Counted from the stretch's first letter, positions 41,240-51,678 are shown. The stretch is DNA of 64,000 nt from an uncultured Pseudomonadota bacterium (GCA_902785275.1 CACZYB010000002.1:1-64000); one strand, 5' to 3'. The notes: generated from the letters alone by a model not told the origin. Translations and numbers: made by a program.

Positions 41240-41915
41240 CATTTGCATTATATAATAAAAATTAAATAAAGTAAAACAATAAATTAATTAAATTTATAGA
41301 ATTTGCCCTTTTAATAATTATTTATACATATAGTAGAACTAGTAAATTTTTAACTTTTGATACGTGTAAGAATTTTTAAAATGCATTTTTGTTTTTACTA
41401 TGGTGTAAACCCACATTTTTTTTGGTGCAACTTTATATATATGATTTATTTTTTTTTATTAATATTAGAAAATAAAAAATAATGTTTATATAGTATATAC
41501 AATGACTTACGAGATTTTTGAGTTGGGGTTTTTAATGAAATTTAAATAAAATAGATAGAAAAATGTATAAAAAACCCCTTAGAAATGAAGGTTTTAAAAA
41601 ATATAAAATAATGTTGATATTTATGTAGTGATTTTTGGAACTTTTTGAAAATATACCCCCTATAAAGCGCATTTTTTGATAGCCTCGCTTTTTATGAAAT
41701 TTTTATGGAGGGGAGAGCAGCCCAGCCCCCTACACCCTAGGGACCAGACCCCAGGCTCCTACACCCAGGGTCTCCCCAGGGCTCCCCCATTAATAATTGT
41801 ATTTTATATAGATTTAAAAAAATATAACTTGCTGATTTTACAGAAAATAATTTTTTATGTTATTTTAATGTAAAACATGGTATAATTTAATAGATTAATT
41901 AAAAATGGATGAATT

Positions 41916-42890
41916 ATGGAAAATAATATACTTATTTATACCACCAAAGATGGTAATATTGATGTTAAGCTGGAACAGGAAACTGTATGGCTTACACAAA
42001 AGCAAATGAGTAAACTTTTTGATACTACTCCTCAAAATATTACTATTCACATACAAAACATTTATAAAGAACAGGAATTGTCTAAAGATTCAACTTGTAA
42101 AGATTTTTTACAAGTTCAAACTGAAGGAAAAAGACAAATTTCAAGAAGTATGACTTTTTATAATCTTGATATGATTATTTCTGTTGGATATAGAGTAAAT
42201 TCGAAACAAGGTATTCAATTTAGAAAATGGGCAACTAGCAAATTAAAAGAATATTTAGTTCAAGGTTATACTCTTAACGAAAGATTATTAAAGGAAAAGG
42301 TTGAAAAACTTAGTCTTTTACAAAATGCTTTTAATTTACTTAATCGTTCAATTACCAATCAAGCAGAAAATCTTGATGAAGCTCAACAAATATCAAAACT
42401 TATGAGTGATTTTTCGGTTGGTTTGAATTTGCTTGATGATTTTGATAATCAACGACTTGATAATAAAGGAAATACAAAAAAAGAGGCTGTTTATATATCT
42501 GTTGATGAATTTTTGGATGTGATACAGAAAATGAAGACTGAATTTACCTCTGAAATCTTTGGTAATCCAAAGGATGATAGTTTTTCAAGTTCGGTTAATC
42601 AAATATATCAAACCTTTGACGGTAAAGATTGTTATCCATCCATAGAGGAAAAGGCTGTAAATTTACTTTATTTTATAGTTAAAAATCATAGCTTTTCTGA
42701 TGGTAATAAAAGAATTGGTGCAAACTGCTTTCTTTACTTCTTAAAGAAGAATAACCTTTTATATAAGGCTGATAAACCTATAATTGATAATGCTACCCTT
42801 GCAACAATTACACTTTTGATTGCAGAAAGTAAACCAGAAGAGAAAGAAACTGTAAAACAAATAGCCATAAGTATTTTGAATAGGGTATAA
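41916..42890 (+). CDS. RhuM-family / Fic-DOC fusion protein
   Basis: VWLTQKQM, YNLDMIISVGYRVNS, FRKWAT; HSFSDGNKR Fic motif. Confidence 0.9.
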   Translation: MENNILIYTTKDGNIDVKLEQETVWLTQKQMSKLFDTTPQNITIHIQNIYKEQELSKDSTCKDFLQVQTEGKRQISRSMTFYNLDMIISVGYRVNSKQGIQFRKWATSKLKEYLVQGYTLNERLLKEKVEKLSLLQNAFNLLNRSITNQAENLDEAQQISKLMSDFSVGLNLLDDFDNQRLDNKGNTKKEAVYISVDEFLDVIQKMKTEFTSEIFGNPKDDSFSSSVNQIYQTFDGKDCYPSIEEKAVNLLYFIVKNHSFSDGNKRIGANCFLYFLKKNNLLYKADKPIIDNATLATITLLIAESKPEEKETVKQIAISILNRV

Positions 42891-42966
42891 AAATTTCTTT
42901 AACTGCATTTTTTTAATTTTTATTCAAAAAATTGTGTGCATTTTTATAGTTTCAAATTATAATGAA

Positions 42967-42991
42967 AAAGTGTGATGCAAAGTGTGATGCA
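42967..42991 (+). repeat. Right arm-type tandem repeat
   Basis: AAAGTGTGATGC x2 plus A. Confidence 0.7.
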
Positions 42992-43060
42992 TTAGGTAAA
43001 TATAAATAGTAAAAATGACCGAAAATTAGGGTTTTTATAGATATAAATGGCGCAAGTCCA

Positions 43061-43083
43061 GATTCCGTGTACCTGCACCATTT
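43061..43083 (+). repeat. attR (degenerate copy of tRNA-Thr 3' end)
   Basis: GATTCCGTGTACCTGCACCATTT vs GAGTCCGTGTGCCGGCACCATTT. Confidence 0.8.
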
Positions 43084-43236
43084 CTCTCTTAAAAATTTTC
43101 TTTAATTTATTAAGTTTTCTAAGTTTGAATTTTTCAATTATGTATTTTGTATTATTACTCAAAATATCTTGCTTTTCCCCTTAAAAAAGAATATATTGAA
43201 AATGTTTTTATTAAAGTTTTTTAGTGTGGAGAGGTA

Positions 43237-44727
43237 ATGTATAAAAATTTAAAATTATTTTTTAATCATATTGGAAATATGATTAGTGAATTTCCAGTTT
43301 TTTACAGAATTAAACAATATTTTGAAAAACATAAAAAACTTAAGACTATTTTAAATTATTTATATACATTTTTGATATTTTTTCTGATTTGTTTACCTGT
43401 AATAATACTAAATTCTTCAATGAATTTTCCTTTATTATATGATGAGGTACAATTCTTTGTTCCAACAATTTATTCAAATCGTTTTATGTCTTTCTCATAT
43501 AATGTTGGAAGAGATGCAAGATTTTTACCTTTTCAAATGTTAGATTATAATTTGGTTTTACTTTTCCCAGATTCATTTTCTAAATTTCATTTAGTACATC
43601 AATTTTTAAATTTAAAATTTATACTTTTTATCTTTTGTTTATATTATTGTTCAAAATATGTATGTAAATTATGTAAGGTTAAGTTTTCAAAGTCAGTTTT
43701 CTTTTGTTTTACATTTCCTTGTATAATATCTTCTTTGTATTTATTTTATGAACCTGTATTTGCTGAGTGCACAATTGCAATATTATTTTTGATTTTTATG
43801 GTTACATACTTAAAGGCAAAAATAAAGCAAAGTAAATCTTTATATATAGTTTCATTCTTTTTAGTGTTTTACATTACCTATTGTAAAGAAATTGCGTTTG
43901 CGATTTTTTTTCCGTTGGCATTCGGAAATCTTATATTTAACAGAAAGAAAATAACAAAACTTGATAAACTTTTTTACTATTCAATAATATTGAATGCAGT
44001 AATATTTTTTGTTTCATATATCTTTGTTTTAGTTTATGGGGATTATAGTAGTGTTTATTACAATGTTAATAAAATAAAGTCTATTAAAGAACATATCGAA
44101 TATATAGAAAAAGTCTTTGTCTCAAATAAATTTATGTATGTTTGTTTGATGATATATTTATACGATATTTACAAAGTGTTATGGAAAAAGGATGAGTATT
44201 TAGATTTGCATCTGCTTAATTTGTCAGGATGCGTATATATGATTTGCTTTTTATTACTTACAATGAATCTTGTTAGTTATTTTTACTTATGTGTTTTTAT
44301 TTCAATTCCAACAATTTGTTTAATAGCAAAAAAAATTAAATATAAAAATATAGTATATATTTTATTGTGTTTATTAATTTTTCAATCAATAAAATTATGT
44401 AATACTGCAGTTCGTTTTTTTAGAGGAGCTTTAGTAGATGAAAAAGAATTTTATTATGATATTATAAAGTTAAATAAATCAAAAAATTTGTGTTGTGACA
44501 TAAATTCTAGGGATGTTTCTTATGTACTATCTTATATAAATAATTTATGGAAAGATGTTACTCCAAAGTATGGAATGATATCTCCATTAAAAATAGATAA
44601 AGAGAAATGTGAAATCTATCTAAAAAAAGAAATGAATGTACCAGATTATGTTTCAAAATTTTATATATATTTAGATGGTGGTATTCTATATTTTGAAACG
44701 GCGGAGCAATTTAAAAGTTATAGGTAA
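43237..44727 (+). CDS. Polytopic membrane protein, possible GT-C glycosyltransferase (copy 1)
   Basis: Many TM helices, YDE, RFLPF..DY, YCKE; very AT-rich. Confidence 0.65.
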   Translation: MYKNLKLFFNHIGNMISEFPVFYRIKQYFEKHKKLKTILNYLYTFLIFFLICLPVIILNSSMNFPLLYDEVQFFVPTIYSNRFMSFSYNVGRDARFLPFQMLDYNLVLLFPDSFSKFHLVHQFLNLKFILFIFCLYYCSKYVCKLCKVKFSKSVFFCFTFPCIISSLYLFYEPVFAECTIAILFLIFMVTYLKAKIKQSKSLYIVSFFLVFYITYCKEIAFAIFFPLAFGNLIFNRKKITKLDKLFYYSIILNAVIFFVSYIFVLVYGDYSSVYYNVNKIKSIKEHIEYIEKVFVSNKFMYVCLMIYLYDIYKVLWKKDEYLDLHLLNLSGCVYMICFLLLTMNLVSYFYLCVFISIPTICLIAKKIKYKNIVYILLCLLIFQSIKLCNTAVRFFRGALVDEKEFYYDIIKLNKSKNLCCDINSRDVSYVLSYINNLWKDVTPKYGMISPLKIDKEKCEIYLKKEMNVPDYVSKFYIYLDGGILYFETAEQFKSYR

Positions 44728-44825
44728 TAAAGACCAAATATATTGCTTTTCTTTTTAAAAAGGAATATATTAAAAATGTTGTTTTAAAAGAATAGATTAA
44801 AATCTCTTTGGGATGGAAAGTAATA

Positions 44826-46259
44826 ATGTATAAAAATTTTAAATTATATTTTGAAAAACATAAAAGACTTAAGACTATTTTAAATTATTTATATACATTT
44901 TTGATATTTTTTCTGATTTGCTTACCTGCAATAATAATAAATTTTTCAATGAATTATCCTATGCTTTATGATGAATTAGAGTTTTTTGTTCCTTCAATAT
45001 ATTCTAATCACTTTATGCCTTTTTCTTTTAATGTTGGAAGAGATGCAAGATTTTTACCTTTTCAAATGCTAGATTATAATTTAGTTTTACTTTTTCCAGA
45101 TTCATTTTCTAAATTTCATTTAGTACATCAATTTTTAAATTTAAAATTTATACTTTTTATCTTTTGTTTATATTATTGTTCAAAATATGTATGTGAGTTA
45201 TATAAGGTCAAATTTTCCAGATTCATTTTCTTCTGTTTAACTTTAAGTTATATAACAGTTAAATTATTTTTATTTTGCACACCTGTATTTTCTGAAATTA
45301 CAATTGCAATATTATTTCTTGTTTTCATAGTGATATACTTAAAGGCAAAAATAAAGCAAAGTAAATCTTTATACATAGTTTCATTCTTTTTGATGTTTTA
45401 CATTACCTACTGTAAAGAAATTGCGTTCGCGATTTTTTTTCCGTTAGCATTTGGAAATCTTATATTTAACAGAAAGAAAATAACAAAACTTGATAAGATT
45501 TTTTACTATTCAATAATATTGAATGCAGTAATATTTTTTGTTTCATACGTTATTCTTTTAAATTATTTAGATCGTTATGACGTTTATTACAATGTTAATA
45601 AATTAAAATCAATTAAAGAATATATTACATATATAGAAAAAGTTTTTAAAAACAATAATATGTTGTATATATGTTTATTAATCTATTTATACAATATTTA
45701 TAAAGTATTATGTAAAAAAGATAAATATTTTGATTTACATTTACTTAGTTTATCTGGATTTGTTTATGCAATTTGTTCTATTATACTGATTCTTCCTGGT
45801 TTTCATTATTTTTCTTTATCTTGTATATTATTATTTCCAATGATGTTTTTAATAATAGGTAAAATAAAATATAAAAAAATTGTATATGTTTTATTTGCTT
45901 TATTAATTTGTTATTCAGTAAAAGAGTGTTGTATGAAAATTTATTTTTCAAAAATATATTTTGAACAGGAAAAAAATTTATATGACACTTTAGCAGAAAT
46001 AAATAAAACTGAAAAGATATGTTGTTTAAAATATGAAAATAACGTTTATAATATGTTATCGTATGTAAATAACTCTTGGAAAAATGAAAAACCCAAATAT
46101 TATGGTTTTAATTCTTTAAAAACTGATGGTGATGATTGTGATATTTATCTGAAAATGTCAGATGGTAAATATCATGAAAATGTAATGTATTTTTTCTATT
46201 TTGGTGAAGTTGTATACTATCTAGAGCCACTAAAATCATCAAAATTTCAATTTAAGTAG
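44826..46259 (+). CDS. Polytopic membrane protein, paralog (copy 2)
   Basis: Long identical blocks shared with copy 1 in the N-terminal half. Confidence 0.65.
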   Translation: MYKNFKLYFEKHKRLKTILNYLYTFLIFFLICLPAIIINFSMNYPMLYDELEFFVPSIYSNHFMPFSFNVGRDARFLPFQMLDYNLVLLFPDSFSKFHLVHQFLNLKFILFIFCLYYCSKYVCELYKVKFSRFIFFCLTLSYITVKLFLFCTPVFSEITIAILFLVFIVIYLKAKIKQSKSLYIVSFFLMFYITYCKEIAFAIFFPLAFGNLIFNRKKITKLDKIFYYSIILNAVIFFVSYVILLNYLDRYDVYYNVNKLKSIKEYITYIEKVFKNNNMLYICLLIYLYNIYKVLCKKDKYFDLHLLSLSGFVYAICSIILILPGFHYFSLSCILLFPMMFLIIGKIKYKKIVYVLFALLICYSVKECCMKIYFSKIYFEQEKNLYDTLAEINKTEKICCLKYENNVYNMLSYVNNSWKNEKPKYYGFNSLKTDGDDCDIYLKMSDGKYHENVMYFFYFGEVVYYLEPLKSSKFQFK

Positions 46260-46338
46260 TAACAATATTTTATTTTTAACTCTTATTCATAAAAAAATCC
46301 CCCACGAAATATGGGGGAGGGGATTTTAACAAATCATT

Positions 46339-46869
46339 TTATTTATTTGGAACAACAAACATAACCATCTGGCGACCTTCCATTGCAGGTTCCTTATCAA
46401 CCTTTATCTTATCACCAAGTTCGGCCTTTACTCTAGCAAGAAGTTGAAATCCAGAGTCTTGATTTGTGATTTCGCGTCCCTTAAAACGAACGGTAAACTT
46501 AACCTTGTTTCCATCTTCAATAAAACGTTCCGCAGCCTTAATTTTAACCTGGAAATCATGAACATCAATATTTGGACGGATTTTAAGTTCCTTTGTTTCA
46601 ACAACCTTTTGAGCTTTCTTTGCTTCTGACTGTTTTTTGCTTTCTTCGTATTTCCATTTACCATAGTCCATAATTTTACAGACAGAAGGATTTGAATTTG
46701 GTACAATTTCTAAAAGATCAAGACCTGCATCTTTTGCCATATTCAAAGCTTCTGAAATAGAAACTACACCAACATTTTCACCGTTTTGATTTATTAAGCG
46801 AACTTCACGAGCGCGAATTTTTTCATTTACATTAAGCGATAAGCTATTATTTTTATCAGCCAAAAACAT
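46339..46869 (-). CDS. infC: Translation initiation factor IF-3
   Basis: NEKIRAREVRLI, CKIMDYGK, KELKIRPNID, RFKGREI; RBS spacing favours TTG at 46863. Confidence 0.96.
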   Translation of the reverse strand: MFLADKNNSLSLNVNEKIRAREVRLINQNGENVGVVSISEALNMAKDAGLDLLEIVPNSNPSVCKIMDYGKWKYEESKKQSEAKKAQKVVETKELKIRPNIDVHDFQVKIKAAERFIEDGNKVKFTVRFKGREITNQDSGFQLLARVKAELGDKIKVDKEPAMEGRQMVMFVVPNK

Positions 46870-46889
46870 ACTCCTTTAAAAGTGAATCT

Positions 46890-46963
46890 TGGAGGTCGAT
46901 ACCGGATTCGAACCAGTGTACAAGGATTTGCAGTCCTCTGCATAGCCTCTCTGCCAACCGACC
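46890..46963 (-). tRNA. tRNA-Cys(GCA)
   Basis: Reverse complement GGTCGGT...GACT-GCA-AATC...GGTTCGAATCC...ATCGACC-T-CCA. Confidence 0.93.
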
Positions 46964-47081
46964 ATTGGGGAACAGTATAAACGATAATTTCTAAAAAATC
47001 AATAAGTATTTTATTGAAAGAGTTAATAAAATTTGGTATTATGTAGTAATAGTTTAATTTAATAAAGAAGAGGAATTTTAA

Positions 47082-47675
47082 ATGTCTATTTTTAAAAAGA
47101 AAATTTCAGTAAGTGTTTTTTGTGGTGCTAGAGAGGGAAACAAAGAAATTTATGCAAAGACTGCAACAGAACTTGGTAATCTTCTTGCAAAGAATGATAT
47201 GCGTCTTGTTTATGGTGCCGGTGGAAAAGGTTTAATGGGAAAAGTTGCCTATGGAGTTCTTGCTTTAAAAGGTATTATTTTCGGTGTAACAACACGTATA
47301 ATATCTGATTTCGAGGAGCCAATCAAAGGAACAAAATTTAAGATTGTAAAGAATATTCAAATAAGAAAACGTGCATTCATCGATAATTCCGACGCATTTA
47401 TCGTTCTTCCTGGTGGATTCGGTACATTCGATGAGCTTTTTGATATTTTAGTAGGTAAAGAAGTAACCGATAAGTATAATAAGTTGCATAAGAAAGCAAC
47501 AGTAAATAAACCATTGGTTTTGATTGATTTGGATGGATTTTTCAAGCCTTTTGAAAAGCTCATAGATTCAATAATTTCCGCTGGATTTATGAAAGAAAGT
47601 AACAAAAAATATTTTAAAATTGTAAAAACTCCAAAAGAGGCTATTGCTTACATAAAAAAATCTGTAAAAAAATAA
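47082..47675 (+). CDS. LOG family nucleotide phosphoribohydrolase
   Basis: VFCGA, LVYGAG..GLMG, RK, LPGGFGTFDE. Confidence 0.9.
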   Translation: MSIFKKKISVSVFCGAREGNKEIYAKTATELGNLLAKNDMRLVYGAGGKGLMGKVAYGVLALKGIIFGVTTRIISDFEEPIKGTKFKIVKNIQIRKRAFIDNSDAFIVLPGGFGTFDELFDILVGKEVTDKYNKLHKKATVNKPLVLIDLDGFFKPFEKLIDSIISAGFMKESNKKYFKIVKTPKEAIAYIKKSVKK

Positions 47676-47767
47676 TAAGAAAATGTTGCTTTTTTATAAG
47701 AAATACTTTATTATTTAAACAACTGTATTTAAACAGGTAATTAACTTTAACATTAAAGGGGTTATAA

Positions 47768-48925
47768 ATGAGAAAACTTATTGCATTACTTTCTGTTGTT
47801 GTTTTGGGTGCATGTTCTTCAACATCTGATACATTATTTGCAGGAAGTGAGTCAACTAACACACCGGCAAAAGAATCATCAAATGCTTTTGATGGTACTT
47901 TTATAAAGAACAAAATTGCAAATTTTGCTTCTGAACAAAAAGAACTTAAAAAACTCGTTGATAGCAGAAAAGATTCTTTGCAAGCTATGAGAAACGAAAC
48001 AAACACTGCTGTTTCTGATTACAGAAGTGCTGTTGCTCAAATCAATTCAAAATTGCAACTTGGCACAACACCTGGAAATCCTGAACTTATGGATGAATGG
48101 AAAGAAGCACGTGCAAAACTTGAAAAAGTTAACAACATTGCTTTTGATATAAAGAGACTTGTTGCTGATGTTGAATCAGATCAATCAATGGTTGATTATA
48201 TGGTTGGTTCTATCCATGCATCATACAAAATCCGTGGTGCTACAGAAGATGAACACAAACAATTAAAATCATTGGAAGAAGAAGCAAAACAAATTGGTTC
48301 AAATATTTCAATCTTTGCTCGTCAACTTAATGCAGAAGCAGAAAGACAACAAGCATATGTTGATAATGAAAAATACAACCTTAACGATGTTGCTCTTAAC
48401 ATAAAGAATGGTAAACTTTATGGTATGGGTGGTTCATCAACTGATTTCTTTGCAAATGGCGGTTCAATGTTCTCAAGTGATGAAGCATACAATGCATTCA
48501 TGGAAGAAAATGAACAAGAATATGGTTTTGCATCAAGAAAACCAGCACACAGAAAACCAATGGTAAGAGATCACCGCGCAGAAAGAAATGTAATGGTTCC
48601 AATGCGTGCTCCTACACCTGTTGTTGAAAAGGCACCTGCTCCTATTTCAACACGTCCAATCGCTGTTGTAAAATTTGATAAAGCAAACGTAGACTTCGAA
48701 GAACCTCTTTACCAGGCTTTAAGTCGTGCTTTGGAAAGAAATCCATCTGCAACATTTGAAGTATCAGGTATCGCTCCACAAGGCAAACCATCTGCAAATG
48801 TTAAAAAAGATGTAAAAGCTGTTATGAGTGCATTAACTGAAATGGGACTTCCTGCAAGTCGTGTTGCAATCACAATGTCAACAGACAATGTTGAATTTGA
48901 TGAAGTTCGCGTTTTCGAAAGATAA
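47768..48925 (+). CDS. Lipoprotein, coiled coil plus OmpA-like C-terminal domain
   Basis: LGAC lipobox; LQLGTTPGNPEL; MGLPASRV C-terminus. Confidence 0.75.
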   Translation: MRKLIALLSVVVLGACSSTSDTLFAGSESTNTPAKESSNAFDGTFIKNKIANFASEQKELKKLVDSRKDSLQAMRNETNTAVSDYRSAVAQINSKLQLGTTPGNPELMDEWKEARAKLEKVNNIAFDIKRLVADVESDQSMVDYMVGSIHASYKIRGATEDEHKQLKSLEEEAKQIGSNISIFARQLNAEAERQQAYVDNEKYNLNDVALNIKNGKLYGMGGSSTDFFANGGSMFSSDEAYNAFMEENEQEYGFASRKPAHRKPMVRDHRAERNVMVPMRAPTPVVEKAPAPISTRPIAVVKFDKANVDFEEPLYQALSRALERNPSATFEVSGIAPQGKPSANVKKDVKAVMSALTEMGLPASRVAITMSTDNVEFDEVRVFER

Positions 48926-48948
48926 TCGCTTTACAACATGAATTTAAT

Positions 48949-48980
48949 ATCGCCTTTGGTTCTTCCGAGGGCGATTTTTT
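48949..48980 (+). terminator. Terminator
   Basis: ATCGCCTTTGG...CCGAGGGCGATTTTTT. Confidence 0.7.
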
Positions 48981-49127
48981 ACTTTTTAAATACTAAGTCG
49001 TTAATTTAAGCATAAAAAATTTATTCATAAAATTTGCCAGATAAATATTTTCTTTTATATTTTTGTTTGACTAAAATACAAAATTGTGATAAAATAAGGA
49101 CAGTACAACAAAAGAAGGAGTACAAAA

Positions 49128-49307
49128 ATGAGAAAAATGTTTTTTATTGCTTTGTTTTCAATAATAGCATCTGATGTATTCGCAGGTACTATAAATGGCG
49201 CTGTATGCACAAAAAATGGTCGCACAATCCAAACAAGCGACAATATTCATGATTTCATGAAGGTAAACAAAGCTAATGGCTGGAATTGCCGTTATACAAG
49301 GGATTAA
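49128..49307 (+). CDS. 59-aa secreted small protein with two Cys (absent from the ORF track)
   Basis: AAGGAG RBS; MRKMFFIALFSIIASDVFA-GTINGAVCTK...GWNCRYTRD; palindromic terminator near 49328-49354. Confidence 0.65.
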   Translation: MRKMFFIALFSIIASDVFAGTINGAVCTKNGRTIQTSDNIHDFMKVNKANGWNCRYTRD

Positions 49308-49485
49308 TTAGATATCTCAATGTTCAAAATAAGCTCTTTTCAAAAGAGCTTATTTTTTTTACCTATATATAAAGTAGTGAAAAGTCAAAATAAAAGGGCA
49401 TAAAATCTTATGCCTTAAATAAAGAGAAAACCAAACACCAACTATTATATAAAATAGTCGGTGTCATTAAAAAATTTTTTTTAAG

Positions 49486-49692
49486 CTATTTTACGGCACT
49501 ATTTTGTATCGCAGCAAATAAAGAAACATCCTTTCTGCTTGCTGTTGTATTAAAGTTTGATGGTGAATTTATCGCTGCATCCACTATTTCATCAATAGAA
49601 GATAACAAAACTTGTCTTGGCATAGTTCCATCAAGTCTGATGTAAAGATTTTTCCTGTCAACAGTAACTCCAGCTTTAGAATTAATTCTCAT
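49486..49692 (-). CDS. Small hypothetical protein
   Basis: AGGAGG RBS; downstream hairpin near 49435-49465. Confidence 0.55.
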   Translation of the reverse strand: MRINSKAGVTVDRKNLYIRLDGTMPRQVLLSSIDEIVDAAINSPSNFNTTASRKDVSLFAAIQNSAVK

Positions 49693-49845
49693 TTAAATGT
49701 CCTCCTATAAACTTAGGACATATTATATCACATTTTAAAGGCTAATACAAACTCAAATTGAAAAAAACTTCATTTTTTTGTTGCAAGTCTTTAATTTTAG
49801 GTGTATTTTAGCTCAATATTCAATCAAAAAAAGAAAGACTTTATT

Positions 49846-51678
49846 ATGGAAATAAGAAATATTGCTATTATAGCTCACGTTGACCACGGTAAAACAACAC
49901 TTGTTGATGCTATGCTTAAACAAAGTGGTACATTCCGTGATAACGAAAAAGTTGCTGAACGTGTTATGGATTCTGGTGATATCGAACGTGAACGTGGTAT
50001 CACAATTTTGGCAAAATGTACTTCTCTTGAGTACAATAACTACAGAATTAATATTGTTGATACACCGGGGCACGCCGATTTCGGTGGAGAAGTTGAACGT
50101 ATTTTGAATATGGTTGATGGTGTTGTTCTTTTGGTGGATAGCTCCGAAGGTCCACTTCCACAAACTAAATTCGTTCTTGGTAAGGCATTAAATCTTGGCC
50201 TAAAACCAATCGTTGTTATTAACAAGATTGATAGAAACGATGCTCGTCCAGACGAAGTTTTAAATGAAATTTTCGATTTGTTTGATAAGATGGGTGCAAC
50301 TGATGAACAACTTGATTTCCCAACACTTTATGCTGTTGGTCGTGATGGTTGGGCTGTTGAAAATCTTTCTGATATCAATAAACCAAACAAAGATTTAAAA
50401 CCATTGTTCGATTTAATCATTCGTCATGTTCCTGCACCACAAGTTGATACAGAAAAACCATTCTCAATGCTTGCAACAACATTGTCTGGTGATAACTTCT
50501 TGGGTCGTATCTTAACTGGAAAGATTATGTCTGGAAAGTTAAAGATGAATATGCCAGTAAAGGCAATCTCTCTTGATGGAAAGACTGTTGAACAAACAAA
50601 GATTACAAAGATTTTGGCATTTCGTGGTTTGCAAAAAACTCCACTTGAAGAAGCCGAAGCTGGTGATATTGTTTCAATCGCTGGTTTTTCAAAGGCAACC
50701 GTTGGTGAAACACTTTGTGATTTAAGTGTTAACGAAGCAATCCATGCTCAACCAATCGATCCACCAACACTTACTATGACATTCTCTGTTAACACTTCAC
50801 CATTCGCAGGTCAAGAAGGTGACAGGGCAAAACTTCAATCTCGTGTTATTTGGGCAAGACTTGAAAAAGAAGCTGAATCAAATATCGCATTAAAAATTGA
50901 ACGTTCAGAAACAAATGAATCATTCGAAGTTTCTGGTCGTGGTGAATTACAACTTGGTATTTTGATTGAACAAATGCGTCGTGAAGGATTCGAATTCTCT
51001 GTTTCCCGTCCACGTGTTGTTTTCAAAGATATTGATGGGGTAAAATCTGAACCATTCGAAGATGTTATCGTTGATGTTGATGAAGAATTTTCAGGGGTTG
51101 TTGTTGAAAAACTTTCAAAACGTAAAGGTACAATGACAGATATGCGTCCAACAGGTGGTAACAAAGTTCGTATCGTATTTGAAGTTCCATCTCGTGGTAT
51201 GATTGGTTATTTGTCAGAGTTCAGAACTGATACTCGTGGTACCGGTGTTCTAAACCGAATTTTCAGTGGTTATAAACCATATGCTGGTCCAATCGAAAGA
51301 TATAGAAACGGTGTTCTTGTTTCTATGGAACAAGGTACAACAACTGCATATTCATTGTATGCTTTGGAACCTCGTGGTCAACTTTTTGTTGGTGCTGGTG
51401 TTGAAGTTTACTCTGGTATGATTATCGGTGAGCACGCAAAAGAAAATGATTTGGAAATCAATCCTGTAAAGGGAAAGGCATTAACCAACCTTCGTGCATC
51501 TGGTCATGATGAAGCAACTGTTCTTGCTCCACCACGTGTTATGAAGTTGGAAGAAATGCTTTCATACATCGCAGATGATGAACTTTTGGAAATTACTCCA
51601 AAGAGTATCCGTATGCGTAAGAAAGAGTTGGATGCTGGTATCCGCCACAAACAACTTGGCCGTAAAAAGGAAATGTAA
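49846..51678 (+). CDS. typA: Translational GTPase TypA/BipA
   Basis: RNIAIIAHVDHGKTTL, RERGITI, DTPGHADFGGEVER, GRGELQL. Confidence 0.97.
   Translation: MEIRNIAIIAHVDHGKTTLVDAMLKQSGTFRDNEKVAERVMDSGDIERERGITILAKCTSLEYNNYRINIVDTPGHADFGGEVERILNMVDGVVLLVDSSEGPLPQTKFVLGKALNLGLKPIVVINKIDRNDARPDEVLNEIFDLFDKMGATDEQLDFPTLYAVGRDGWAVENLSDINKPNKDLKPLFDLIIRHVPAPQVDTEKPFSMLATTLSGDNFLGRILTGKIMSGKLKMNMPVKAISLDGKTVEQTKITKILAFRGLQKTPLEEAEAGDIVSIAGFSKATVGETLCDLSVNEAIHAQPIDPPTLTMTFSVNTSPFAGQEGDRAKLQSRVIWARLEKEAESNIALKIERSETNESFEVSGRGELQLGILIEQMRREGFEFSVSRPRVVFKDIDGVKSEPFEDVIVDVDEEFSGVVVEKLSKRKGTMTDMRPTGGNKVRIVFEVPSRGMIGYLSEFRTDTRGTGVLNRIFSGYKPYAGPIERYRNGVLVSMEQGTTTAYSLYALEPRGQLFVGAGVEVYSGMIIGEHAKENDLEINPVKGKALTNLRASGHDEATVLAPPRVMKLEEMLSYIADDELLEITPKSIRMRKKELDAGIRHKQLGRKKEM

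Noticed and set aside
41676-41873. 65-aa ORF across the GC-rich patch
   Set aside because: No RBS; the Pro-rich sequence is a by-product of the non-coding C-runs
43237-46259. Possible DGR template/variable repeat pair
   Set aside because: No reverse transcriptase in the window; differences are not adenine-specific; whole-gene duplication explains it
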